DNA of 64,000 nucleotides from Patescibacteria group bacterium (GCA_041671365.1 JBAZBP010000001.1:453518-517517), one strand, 5' to 3'; shown: positions 19,947 to 28,951, counted from the stretch's first letter. Numbers and translations are program-made. The notes: generated by a model from the sequence alone, not told the origin.

Positions 19947-20198
19947 TTATCTTTTACTGATGATGATTAATTTCTTAGATCTAGGCAATTTTTTAATATA
20001 ACATTCCGCTTTTAGGGCCTCGGACCGACTTTTAAATTTCTCAGAATAAACTAATTTAACCGGTCGACGACCAGAAGTATATTTCGCCCCCAGCTTGGAT
20101 AGATTGTGTTCTTTTATTCGACGATCCAAATCTATAGTAATTCCGGTATAGAGCGTTTGATCAGAACACTTAAGAATGTAGAGATAGTATTTATCCAT
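19947..20198 (-). CDS. GIY-YIG nuclease family protein
   Basis: YYLYILKC...LYTGITIDLDRRIKEHN matches the GIY-YIG motif; 83 aa. Confidence 0.85.
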   Translation of the reverse strand: MDKYYLYILKCSDQTLYTGITIDLDRRIKEHNLSKLGAKYTSGRRPVKLVYSEKFKSRSEALKAECYIKKLPRSKKLIIISKR

Positions 20199-20300
20199 AT
20201 AATATTTGGGCGCTCATCTATTGATTTTAGTGGAATATTTTAAATAAATCAATTATAAATTATTCACCTTAAATTAATTTAGTTCTGTAATTTAAAAAAG

Positions 20301-20327
20301 ATGCCCGGATCACCAAAGTCCGGGCAT
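20301..20327 (-). terminator. rho-independent terminator after hpt
   Basis: Stem atgcccgga/tccgggcat, followed on the minus strand by CTTTTTT. Confidence 0.75.
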
Positions 20328-20339
20328 TATCAGGCAATA

Positions 20340-20903
20340 CTATTCTTTTTCATAAATATCTATTAATCCTCGATAAGATTGATCGGAATCCATTCCGTTC
20401 CCGACAATCCATTTTGGACCAATAACTCCACCGAGAAACTTGATATCAAATTCGAGCGGTTCGTGATTCTCTTTCAATAATAGAGTGCAATATTGGATTG
20501 ATTTTGGCGGGGTTTCGAGATTTTTCAAATACTTATTCAAAAAATTCATGGTGGCGCCATTATCGATTATGTCCTCGACCACAACCAAATCTCGGTTGCC
20601 GAGATTGGCGTGAGGTAGACTGAGTATTTGAACCAAGCCACCTTTTTCGTCCCCGCTATAGCGCTTCAATCCTACTGTATCAACACTATATTTAAAATCA
20701 ATTTTTTCCAGAGCGCGAGACAGATCAACGCCTAAATACAGTCCGCCGGTTAAGACAAACAACAATATGGGCGACTGTGTAACATTCTTATAGTCGTCGG
20801 CGATTTGTCTGGCTAATTCATCAACTCGCCTTAGTATTTCTCCACGACTAAACAATTGCTTATAAGAAACTCCTTTAATTATAAGCTTTTTTTCGATATC
20901 CAT
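20340..20903 (-). CDS. hpt: hypoxanthine/guanine phosphoribosyltransferase
   Basis: PRPP-binding motif LVVVEDIIDNGATM; length and overall pattern match 6-oxopurine PRTases. Confidence 0.9.
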   Translation of the reverse strand: MDIEKKLIIKGVSYKQLFSRGEILRRVDELARQIADDYKNVTQSPILLFVLTGGLYLGVDLSRALEKIDFKYSVDTVGLKRYSGDEKGGLVQILSLPHANLGNRDLVVVEDIIDNGATMNFLNKYLKNLETPPKSIQYCTLLLKENHEPLEFDIKFLGGVIGPKWIVGNGMDSDQSYRGLIDIYEKE

Positions 20904-21101
20904 CTTTTTTTCCTTTCCTTTTATATAAATATTAAATAGAAACTAAAAATGTTAATGTACTGTATAAAAAAATATAGAATAAATCTATATATTTGTAAAG
21001 CATCCCGACCAATTGCTCTTATTAAAACCAAGAGCCATTGAAACAATATCGGTAATATTATGTAAAGCGTCGAATACCAAGGCCAAGCTAGGTGATAATC
21101 T

Positions 21102-22067
21102 TTATTTTAAAATGGCATTAAACAAGTAACCAATAAATATTATTCCGAGACCAACCACTGAAGCAAAAATAATGATAAGTTTAGACTTCATTACTTTCTT
21201 TAAAATCATAAACTCGGGTAGCGATAAGGCGGTAACAGCCATCATAAAAGCTAAGGTTGTGCCCATCGCCACGCCCTTCTCCGTCAAAGCGCTAACTAAA
21301 GGAATAACACCGGCGGCATTAGAATAAAGCGGAATACCAATTACAGTAGCTAGTGGCACAGCGTACCATTTATCAGCTCCAGCATACTGGGCTAAAAAGT
21401 CGGCTGGCACATAACCGTGAATCCAAGCTCCGATACCAACCCCGATAACAATATACAACCAAACTTTTTTAACAATATCTAAAGCATAATCTTTTGAATA
21501 ATTTAACCTTTCTTTAAAAGTCATTTTAGTAACTAAAGCAGGATTATTTGACTTATTATGTTTCCAAACAAAGTCGGCTACTAGGTGTTCAACTTTCAGG
21601 CGATCAATAATTAGACCGGAAACAATAGCAATGAGAAGGCCAGAGATTATATAGATTAGAGCTATCTTCCAACCGAATAGACCGATTAGCAAAACTAAGG
21701 CAATTTCATTAATCATTGGCGAAGCGACGAGAAAAGAAAAAGTTACGCCCAAGGGCACGCCAACCTCGACAAAGCCCAAGAACAAAGGCACGGCCGAACA
21801 AGAACAAAATGGTGTGATTATTCCAAGCAGTGAAGCTAAAATATGGCCCGTTAGCTTATTTTTCTTGGCCAAAAATAAACGAACTCTTTCGGGCGGTAAA
21901 TATGTTCTAATAAATGACACCGCAAAAATAATCACTAATAATAGAATAATGATTTTTATGGTATCAAAAATAAAAAAGTTAACTGCACTGGCGAGCAAAG
22001 TCTTCGGTATAATTCCGAAGATAGAATAAGTTAGCCAGTCAGCTAATAATTGAATTGGGTAAAACAT
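21102..22067 (-). CDS. DUF318/ArsP-like permease
   Basis: Multi-TM protein with the conserved FCSCSAVP motif. Canonical neighbour of a thioredoxin-like protein and ArsR. Confidence 0.8.
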   Translation of the reverse strand: MFYPIQLLADWLTYSIFGIIPKTLLASAVNFFIFDTIKIIILLLVIIFAVSFIRTYLPPERVRLFLAKKNKLTGHILASLLGIITPFCSCSAVPLFLGFVEVGVPLGVTFSFLVASPMINEIALVLLIGLFGWKIALIYIISGLLIAIVSGLIIDRLKVEHLVADFVWKHNKSNNPALVTKMTFKERLNYSKDYALDIVKKVWLYIVIGVGIGAWIHGYVPADFLAQYAGADKWYAVPLATVIGIPLYSNAAGVIPLVSALTEKGVAMGTTLAFMMAVTALSLPEFMILKKVMKSKLIIIFASVVGLGIIFIGYLFNAILK

Positions 22068-22070
22068 AAT

Positions 22071-22376
22071 TTAGCATTGACCGCCACAAAAACAACCGCC
22101 CATAGATTCGTCTATTTTTGGTTGATTATTCAAGGTAAGCAATTCTTTAATTTTTTCTAAATTAGGCAACTGGCCAACTAAGGCCATTTGACCGTTAATG
22201 GTTAAAACCGGAGATGACATCATGCCAAGTTCAATTATCTTTTGAATATCAGTGACGTATTCAACTTCTGTCTTTAAATCTAACTCAGCAACCGCCTTTT
22301 GAGTGAGTTCAAATAGTTTTTTACAAGTCGGGCAACCGGAGCCCAAGACTTGAATCGAGGTAATTTGCTTATTCAT
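22071..22376 (-). CDS. thioredoxin-fold protein (redox-active disulfide protein 2 type)
   Basis: N-terminal GSGCPTCKKL CxxC motif; C-terminal Cys-rich tail GGCFCGGQC. Confidence 0.85.
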   Translation of the reverse strand: MNKQITSIQVLGSGCPTCKKLFELTQKAVAELDLKTEVEYVTDIQKIIELGMMSSPVLTINGQMALVGQLPNLEKIKELLTLNNQPKIDESMGGCFCGGQC

Positions 22377-22683
22377 AGTTTTTTAAAAAATTAATTAATA
22401 TTAAGTTATATTGTTTAAACGTTTTGGGATTAATTGCGTAATAAATTCTTTTTCCCTCTTGGCGACCAATAATTAACTGAAAATTTCTTAGAACCTTTAA
22501 ATGGCTAGAGGCTAAGTTTTGAGCAATATCTAAATTCTCTCCGATTTCACAAACACAATGCTCTCCATCTTTTAAAAGACAGAGGATTCTTAGACGATTA
22601 TCATCACCGATAATTCTTAGAAACTTAGCCAAACTAATATATTCGGTAGATAATTTTTTATTAGTGCAACATCTTGCCTTCAT
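22369..22683 (-). CDS. ArsR/SmtB-family transcriptional regulator
   Basis: LAKFLRIIGDDNRLRILCLLKDGEHCVCEI (wHTH with the CVC metal-site pattern); overlaps the downstream gene by 8 nt. Confidence 0.9.
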   Translation of the reverse strand: MKARCCTNKKLSTEYISLAKFLRIIGDDNRLRILCLLKDGEHCVCEIGENLDIAQNLASSHLKVLRNFQLIIGRQEGKRIYYAINPKTFKQYNLILINFLKNYE

Positions 22684-22693
22684 ATGTTTATCA

Positions 22694-22709
22694 TCAATTT
22701 ATATTGATA
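22694..22709 (-). promoter_or_regulatory. candidate ArsR operator (16-bp imperfect palindrome atcaatttatattgat)
   Basis: 7 of 8 positions are symmetric; lies 11 nt upstream of the arsR start. Confidence 0.3.
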
Positions 22710-22743
22710 TGTTATATCTAAAGTATAATTTAGTCAAATAAAA

Positions 22744-22766
22744 AAGCCGTATTTTTTGTACGGCTT
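22744..22766 (-). terminator. rho-independent terminator
   Basis: Stem aagccgta/tacggctt, followed on the minus strand by TTTTTATTT. Lies just after the gene ending at 22787. Confidence 0.7.
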
Positions 22767-22786
22767 ATTAATTTTAACAGTTTTTT

Positions 22787-23419
22787 TTATTTGCTTACTG
22801 CTAAAAATTCGACTTCTTCCCCATCACAGATGTAGTTACCCATCCATTCATGCGCTTCAGATAATCTGTACTTCAGTTGATTATTTTCATCAACGAATAA
22901 CTGAATGTACGGTGAATATTTGCGATAAGGATGAGATGAAGATTCGGATACTGAGCCCAGGGCTAATATATTTTTCCCGGGCTTGGGATTCTGTAACTTA
23001 TAACTTAGTAATTCATATAAGTCTGCCGGTCGATAACCCCTATCATCAATCTTCTGTAAAATTTCTCTTGTCGGATATACGTTTGACCGACAATCAAAAC
23101 TGAATAATTTTACCACGACTTGGTCTGTACCACTTTTTTTTGCGAGAGGATAATCACTAAGATGTATAAAAACGTCTTTATAATTACCTGCTTTAACCAA
23201 TTTTTCTATTTTCTGAGAATAATCAATCTTTATTGATTGATCACTAAAATACCACAAGCTGGCTGACAGGAATGTGGTCACCAGAAACGTTGCAATTACA
23301 ATAGATGATGTTTTCATTTCTAAGATCCTTTTTTTTGTTATTTTGTTATAAATGATTAATTTTTCAGAACCTAACCTATTCTGGCTCATAAATGCTAAAC
23401 AAGACAAACGGCCAAACAA
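22787..23419 (-). CDS. hypothetical membrane-anchored protein
   Basis: Probable true start at internal MKTSSIVIATFLVTTFL (about 23317), which looks like a signal anchor. No recognisable domain. Confidence 0.5.
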   Translation of the reverse strand: MFGRLSCLAFMSQNRLGSEKLIIYNKITKKRILEMKTSSIVIATFLVTTFLSASLWYFSDQSIKIDYSQKIEKLVKAGNYKDVFIHLSDYPLAKKSGTDQVVVKLFSFDCRSNVYPTREILQKIDDRGYRPADLYELLSYKLQNPKPGKNILALGSVSESSSHPYRKYSPYIQLFVDENNQLKYRLSEAHEWMGNYICDGEEVEFLAVSK

Positions 23420-23588
23420 AAATACTTTTGAATAAACCCTTATCGCTGGTAAATTTAGATCTACCGATAAACGGCAATAACGTGCAAATTATGTATACAG
23501 AAAGGTCAGCTATAAACACTAAAGCCGCGGTCAGACAACCCAGGGAAAGGTAGGCGACCACAAGAAAAATAAAAATTGCGACGATCAT
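23376..23588 (-). CDS. small hypothetical membrane protein
   Basis: 70 aa with two hydrophobic helices. Confidence 0.4.
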   Translation of the reverse strand: MIVAIFIFLVVAYLSLGCLTAALVFIADLSVYIICTLLPFIGRSKFTSDKGLFKSIFVWPFVLFSIYEPE

Positions 23589-23802
23589 ATTAACTCCAAT
23601 GTATTTGATAAGATATTTATTTAATTGTCTTAACCGCCAATAAAGAAGCTAAGATAATTAAATAAATATCTGCGGAGTCTTGGTTGTTAATGGACTTAAT
23701 AACTAAATACTATATCATATTATAATTATTTTGTCAATCATATAACAAAAAATAGGCTAAAATTGGCCTATTTTTTATAAGAGTTCCCTTTCGTGAAAGT
23801 AT

Positions 23803-24192
23803 TTATAATTTTACTTCTTCACCCTCTCCCGCAAAGATACAAGAATTATCTTCAATTAAAAAGGCTTGATTATCTTTTAAAATTCTAAGCGGGTATTTTA
23901 ATGTCTTTATTTTTTCTATAACTTTCTCTTTTATATCATCAGTATAATGGCACTTAATTAAAAAAGGAACGCACCCAAGAGCAGTAAAGTCGGTAACCCC
24001 GTACCTATTTCTAGCAGTTTTCCAACTGCCAACTTCAACCGTTGGGCACATGACATATGTCCCCGCGCTACAACCAACATAATATAAACCATTATTTAAT
24101 AAATCTTTTAAAACTTTATCAAAACCACTTTCATAAATAGCTTTTAATAAATAGAAAAGATTTCCCCCAGAAATTAAATAAATTTTTTTCAT
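23803..24192 (-). pseudogene. N-terminally truncated peptidase S51 (dipeptidase E-like) gene fragment
   Basis: IYLISGGNLFYLLKAI...YYVGCSAGTYVMCPT aligns to the central GGGNTF...G(W/C)SAG region of PepE. The roughly 85 N-terminal residues are missing, and an in-frame TAA lies 4 codons upstream of the ATG. Confidence 0.6.
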
Positions 24193-24466
24193 ACAAAATA
24201 ATTATACCAAAAACAGCATTTAAAAAACAGGAGCGTGGATTCGAATTTTTTTAAACCGATAAAATTAAGGTGTTCGCTAAAATGGTAAAAATATAGCGAA
24301 ATTTTCAAACTACTTTGGAACTTAAAATATAGCTCAATATTAAAACAAAAACAGGCATCGCTGTCTGTTTAATTTTTTTCTCTGCTCTACATCCTGAACG
24401 CGTTTAAAACTTTGGGATGAAAAACGATAACTGAAGACTTGAAGCTTTTTAATTATAACAATTAAA

Positions 24467-25156
24467 TTAAGTAATTATGGGTCTCTTAATAATTAAATCT
24501 GGATTCGGATTGTCACTATTCAAATTATCAATAACTTTTTGAACGACATCATCAACTAACATATATTCGCTGATATCATCTGGTATTTTTTCTTGATAAA
24601 TATCGGTTTGCATTCCGCCAGGGTAAACAGCGTAAATGTTTATATTATCGCCGACCTCTTTTCTAATTGATTCTGTCAATCCTTTGATCGCAAATTTTGA
24701 GGAAGAATAGGCACTAATCATTGGTTTACCATCCAAACCAGCGGTTGAGTTGATATTTATTATCAAGCCGGATCTCTGTGCCTTCATATATTTTAGAGCC
24801 GTTTGGCAACCATAAAAATAACCAAAAAAATTAATATTAAATAAGCACTTGAGTTTAGCGACCTCAATATCCTCAAGCAAACTTGGGGCAATTTGTATTC
24901 CGGCATTATTAATCCAAATATCAATTCGTCCATATTTCTCTTTAGTATATTTGCCTAGATTCATCAAGTCTTCTGGCTTGGTTACATCGGCCAAAAAAGA
25001 ATCTACTGATATCTTATTTTTTACTTTTTCTAAATCCTCACTATTGTCGCTAGAAATAACTACTTGGCAGTTTTCTTTTTTTAAAAAGGTGGCCAACGAT
25101 TTACCAAAACCCTTACTCCCTCCGGTAATAACTACTACTTTATTGTTTAAATTCAT
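24467..25156 (-). CDS. short-chain dehydrogenase/reductase (SDR)
   Basis: VVVITGGSKGFG cofactor motif, NNAG, and the catalytic YSSSK. Confidence 0.9.
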   Translation of the reverse strand: MNLNNKVVVITGGSKGFGKSLATFLKKENCQVVISSDNSEDLEKVKNKISVDSFLADVTKPEDLMNLGKYTKEKYGRIDIWINNAGIQIAPSLLEDIEVAKLKCLFNINFFGYFYGCQTALKYMKAQRSGLIININSTAGLDGKPMISAYSSSKFAIKGLTESIRKEVGDNINIYAVYPGGMQTDIYQEKIPDDISEYMLVDDVVQKVIDNLNSDNPNPDLIIKRPIIT

Positions 25157-25160
25157 ATTT

Positions 25161-25718
25161 TTATATTAAGGATTCTTTTACTAATTTATTAATTTCTGGA
25201 TTACTAAACTCTATTTTGGTTACTAATTTTTGAGCTTCCAATGAAAGACGGTTATACATAAACCTAATCTTTTCCTTAGCTCTTTCTTCACCGTTCCTCT
25301 TTAAATAGGAAGGTATATTATAATCAAAATAAGCTAGACTGTCGGCGTTCATAAGTATATCAGATTCTTCATCGCCACCAGATTCATGATTTTCTACTAA
25401 ATGTTTAACCTTAACAATAATTTCCTCGGGATATCCGTATTTTTTCATAATTCCGCCAATAAATTTAGCCGATCTGATAGCGTGTTCCTTTTTAAATTCG
25501 TTTATCTTCGAGTAATCCATCAAATCTTTTTCGGTTATGCCGGTAATTGCCCTATCAATATCATGGGCCAAGGCGGCAATTTTTAGAGCTTCTCCGGCAT
25601 CCGGTTTCAATTTTAATACCCACTTTAAAACTAATCCGGCGTGAACTAATTCAAAGTCCAACGGCGATTCGGGTAAAATCGTTTCCACTTCTTTTCTTAG
25701 TAAGTTAAAATCTGGCAT
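25161..25718 (-). CDS. HD-domain protein
   Basis: H...HD pattern (ELVHAG...IAALAHDIDRA). Confidence 0.7.
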   Translation of the reverse strand: MPDFNLLRKEVETILPESPLDFELVHAGLVLKWVLKLKPDAGEALKIAALAHDIDRAITGITEKDLMDYSKINEFKKEHAIRSAKFIGGIMKKYGYPEEIIVKVKHLVENHESGGDEESDILMNADSLAYFDYNIPSYLKRNGEERAKEKIRFMYNRLSLEAQKLVTKIEFSNPEINKLVKESLI

Positions 25719-25744
25719 ATTAAAAAGAATTAATTATCATTTAA

Positions 25745-26296
25745 TTACTTAATTACCTGCTCCAATTCTGATAAAAGCTTGGGAAATAGCTCTTTGCCTT
25801 GTGGTGTCTTGATTCGATCTGTTAGTGCCGTCTTAAATAGGTTAACTAATTTAGGGTAACTTTCGGGTTGATATTTTTGTTGCAAATGTTCAAGACACAA
25901 TTTACTTAAACTGTCGGCATCAACAATAATAGCTTCATCATCTTTGGCGGATTCATGTTTATCCGCGGCGCCTACCAATCTATTGACTGTCTGGATTTCC
26001 CAATCAGTAAAATTTAATCTAGTTAGAACTTCGGATATCAATTTTGAGGAATTCTCGTTGGCTTTAGGTTCTAACTTAATCATCTCATCTAAGTCTATTT
26101 TCCCTTTAGGTGCTACTCCCGACCAACCAATATCATGGATATAGGCGGCAGTAACTAGTAAATCTAGATCAGCTCTGCTGTTCCCCAGTTCTTTAACCCA
26201 TCTGACAACTCTCAAAGCATGCTCCCAGTCACCAGCTCGAGCCGAATCGAAGTACGGTTTCGCTATTTTTTCAAGTTTTTCTTCGTCGTGTTTCAT
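25745..26296 (-). CDS. HD-domain phosphohydrolase
   Basis: WEHALRV...TAAYIHDIGW...D pattern of the HD superfamily. Confidence 0.8.
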   Translation of the reverse strand: MKHDEEKLEKIAKPYFDSARAGDWEHALRVVRWVKELGNSRADLDLLVTAAYIHDIGWSGVAPKGKIDLDEMIKLEPKANENSSKLISEVLTRLNFTDWEIQTVNRLVGAADKHESAKDDEAIIVDADSLSKLCLEHLQQKYQPESYPKLVNLFKTALTDRIKTPQGKELFPKLLSELEQVIK

Positions 26297-26416
26297 ACTA
26301 GATTATTTTTACGCTCATTATATTTTTAAATATTGCTTAGTTCTTTCAAGGAATTATAAATATTTATGCATTAATTATAACACATCTCAGACTCAAAAAC
26401 AGGACTGTGTCTAATA

Positions 26417-26445
26417 TTAAAACAAAAACAGACATTACTGCCTGT
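26417..26445 (-). terminator. rho-independent terminator lying immediately beyond the distal att repeat (the ancestral tRNA-Asn terminator)
   Basis: Minus strand ACAGGCA-gtaa-TGTCTGT followed by TTTTGTTTT. It would directly follow the tRNA 3' end if 26481-36744 were excised. Confidence 0.6.
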
Positions 26446-26459
26446 ATTCGTTCATCTCG

Positions 26460-26480
26460 GCTCCCGGGGTCGGATTCGAA
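26460..26480. repeat. 21-bp direct repeat gctcccggggtcggattcgaa (distal att site; duplicated tRNA-Asn 3' end)
   Basis: Identical to 36724-36744, with mismatches immediately outside on both sides. It equals the T-loop through discriminator of the tRNA. Confidence 0.9.
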
Positions 26481-26854
26481 AACAAAATCGAGATTTTTAG
26501 ATATGATTTAATGTTAGCAAATTTTTACTAGCATTAGAGAATATTTTAACTTTTTTGATTAATCTGTTTTAGTCCGAAATATCACGATTTTACCACTTTT
26601 CAGTCACAATAGCGTCACAACTTTTTGTTTCGCTAGCAATACAAGAGGAAGTGGTAGAATTGTTGCCAAATTTAATTAAGCTATGCTAAAATAATTTCAG
26701 ATCGTTTAAAGAACTCTCGATGTTTGGTGCAGGTTTCGAAGAGCCTAAAAGTGTTTGTTTATTTAGCTAGCTGGGGAATTTCCTCGAAAGCACGCAATAA
26801 TTTTGTGTACTTCCGTGGGGATACACCCCAGCTTAATTAACTAACTTCACAATT

Positions 26855-27022
26855 ATGCTCCAAGAAAGCAAAAAAAGTGATGACGTTTTAAGTGATGTAT
26901 CAGAAGATTTAATCCAAAATCCTGAAAAGGAAAAAGGAATCGAAATCTTTTGTAAGTATATCACAAAAAACGGGAAAAGAATTTATCCGAAAAATGGTAG
27001 ATTCTTTCACTTCTTTATCTAG
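26855..27022 (+). CDS. possible small ORF (55 aa), hypothetical
   Basis: ATG at 26855, TAG at 27020-22. Acidic N-terminus and basic C-terminus (FCKYITKNGKRIYPKNGRFFHF). No clear RBS and below the ORF-track cutoff. Confidence 0.25.
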   Translation: MLQESKKSDDVLSDVSEDLIQNPEKEKGIEIFCKYITKNGKRIYPKNGRFFHFFI

Positions 27023-27119
27023 CAATAGATAATTAAGTCATTTCCCCTGCATCAGTCATTGGGAGTTCTTTTTTATTATAGCGATTGAATAATAAGTCCG
27101 GCTTTACATATATCTAACC

Positions 27120-27284
27120 TCAATTGCTATGCCTTCTTATCATTGAGTCAATTTGGCTAGGATCATTTACAACACCTAAAATTTTTTGACAATGACTACA
27201 TAAAATTACCAAAACATTAGCTCCGGATGTGCTTCTCTGTCTTGATATAAGGCTAGTGTCTGCGTTACAATAAGGACAAAACAT
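27120..27284 (-). CDS. possible small zinc-ribbon protein (54 aa)
   Basis: MFCPYCNADT...ILCSHCQKILG contains CxxC...CxxC. It starts 10 nt after the endonuclease stop, co-directional with the operon. Confidence 0.35.
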   Translation of the reverse strand: MFCPYCNADTSLISRQRSTSGANVLVILCSHCQKILGVVNDPSQIDSMIRRHSN

Positions 27285-27294
27285 ATTTTTTATT

Positions 27295-28083
27295 TTAATT
27301 TTTCTTGGTTATAACCTTTTCCTTGATTCTATATTTACCAGATTTAACTAACTTAATACTATTATAATTTTTTTCATCGTCAAATCTAAATTCCCAAATA
27401 GAATAAGAATTCTCCGTAATATCTCTTTCGAAAAATAACGTTATAACTTTTTTATTTGTACAACTCTGCCATTGCCTATACGGATAATAAAGTTGCCTAA
27501 TAATTGTGTTAGAACTCCTCGTGCCCTTTGCTTCAACTAAGACAATTTGTTTTTGTCCTTCATAGCCCGCGTCGACTTCCGTTTGTACTCCGCCAACCTC
27601 TATTTTCTGCTTTCCAACAAAAAAATTAAATTCCGGCGTGTATTTTCTGCCCCTTATGGTCAATACCAGGGTCGGATCCCCCATAAATGTTCTTATAAGA
27701 CTTGAAGCATAGGCAAAATCTAAATGTTGCATTTCGGAATTTCCAATTTCAGAAGAATCTAAATGAAAATCTAATTTAGAATCATATGTTTCAATGTCTT
27801 TAGTTATTTCCGGTATATCAATATAACCTTCTCCTTTGATAATGCTATAGTAACCATTCTTTGTTGGCAAAAGAAAAAGATTATTTTTGCGAAAAACCTC
27901 AGGTCTCGATTCTCTTGAATCTTGTTTGCATAAAATACGAACTTCTTTCTCGGCAGTATTCTTGAATTTTTGACAAGATTTTTTAATTTGAGAAGCTGAA
28001 AGCAAAAACGGCGATTTATTAAAATCGTGTTTTAGAATTTCATAATCATCAAAAATTTTTTTCCAAGATGTACTGTTCGCCAT
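27295..28083 (-). CDS. putative type II restriction endonuclease (PD-(D/E)XK)
   Basis: Lies 4 nt downstream of the methyltransferase. Candidate catalytic motif TEVDAGY...IVLVEAKG (D...E-x-K). Confidence 0.6.
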   Translation of the reverse strand: MANSTSWKKIFDDYEILKHDFNKSPFLLSASQIKKSCQKFKNTAEKEVRILCKQDSRESRPEVFRKNNLFLLPTKNGYYSIIKGEGYIDIPEITKDIETYDSKLDFHLDSSEIGNSEMQHLDFAYASSLIRTFMGDPTLVLTIRGRKYTPEFNFFVGKQKIEVGGVQTEVDAGYEGQKQIVLVEAKGTRSSNTIIRQLYYPYRQWQSCTNKKVITLFFERDITENSYSIWEFRFDDEKNYNSIKLVKSGKYRIKEKVITKKN

Positions 28084-28087
28084 ATAA

Positions 28088-28951
28088 TTATTTAATATTT
28101 AAATCTTTATATCTCTTAACCGATAATTCTAGATATTTCTTCTCTAAATCAATACCAATAAACTTTCTGCCATTAAGAGTACATGCTAAACCGGTAGTTG
28201 AAGAGCCAGTAAATGGGTCAATAACTAAATCACCCTTATCGGTGCTAGCCATAACAATGCGAACCAATAGATCAATTGGTTTTTGGGTGGGGTGCTTGCC
28301 AAACTTCTTTTCGGTAGGTTTTGGTGTTCCCATAGACCAGACACTCCTCATTTGAAGATTCGGTTTTTTCAAAAAGTCTTCCGGCCAATTACCATTTTTC
28401 ATTAAGTCATAATTAAACTTATGTTTAGTGGTTATTGGTTTTCCAGTTTTAGGATGGACTAACTCTTTTCTCGCCCAAATTAAAGTTTCATGGCTGGCAG
28501 TAAAAAAGCGACAGCTTAAATTAGGCGAGGCGTTCGGCTTAAACCAGGCAATATCGTTTAAGATATGAAATTTACTAACTTGGAGAGCGAATCCGCATTG
28601 ATAGATAGAGTGATAGGTACCAGAAATCCAAATTGTGCCACCTGGCTTTAAAACTCTATGACAAGCCTTAATCCAGGCTAATTGAAACTCAAAGTCTTTT
28701 TTTAGACCGTTACTAACATCCCATTCGCCTTTATTAACACTAACCATACGGCCAGCATGAACAGAAAAACCGCCGTTTGAGAGTAGATAGGGTGGATCGG
28801 CAAATATCATATCAACCGAGTTTTCCGGCAGAGTAGCTAAAAATTCCAAGCTATTGGCTTGGTATAATTTGAAGTCTTTATCTTTAAAAAATGGATCTAA
28901 CATTTTTTTACTTTTTTTCTTAGTTTTTATAGCCTTTTTTGAGGTAGTCAT
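28088..28951 (-). CDS. beta-class N6-adenine (or N4-cytosine) DNA methyltransferase, CcrM/M.HinfI-like
   Basis: Motif IV IFADPPY precedes motif I DPFTGSSTTG. Also has ILNDIAWFKPNASPN, SHETLIWA, HPTQKP and GRKFIGIDLE, the block order seen in CcrM/HinfI-type enzymes. Confidence 0.9.
   Translation of the reverse strand: MTTSKKAIKTKKKSKKMLDPFFKDKDFKLYQANSLEFLATLPENSVDMIFADPPYLLSNGGFSVHAGRMVSVNKGEWDVSNGLKKDFEFQLAWIKACHRVLKPGGTIWISGTYHSIYQCGFALQVSKFHILNDIAWFKPNASPNLSCRFFTASHETLIWARKELVHPKTGKPITTKHKFNYDLMKNGNWPEDFLKKPNLQMRSVWSMGTPKPTEKKFGKHPTQKPIDLLVRIVMASTDKGDLVIDPFTGSSTTGLACTLNGRKFIGIDLEKKYLELSVKRYKDLNIK

Noticed and set aside
22756-23103. Plus-strand 115-aa ORF
   Set aside because: It is antisense to the minus-strand ORF 22787-23419 and begins inside the terminator hairpin of that gene. 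It has no motif and breaks the uniform strand organisation.
26635-26647. 13-nt inverted match (agcaatacaagag versus ctcttgtattgct at 35339-35351) near attL and the xis start
   Set aside because: The length is within chance expectation for this window size, so I kept only the 16-mer arm-site candidate.
27241-27247. CTTGATA, identical to the pC194-family dso nick-site core
   Set aside because: A 7-mer occurs by chance several times in 64 kb. This copy lies inside the small zinc-ribbon ORF, far from rep, and is not in a hairpin loop.
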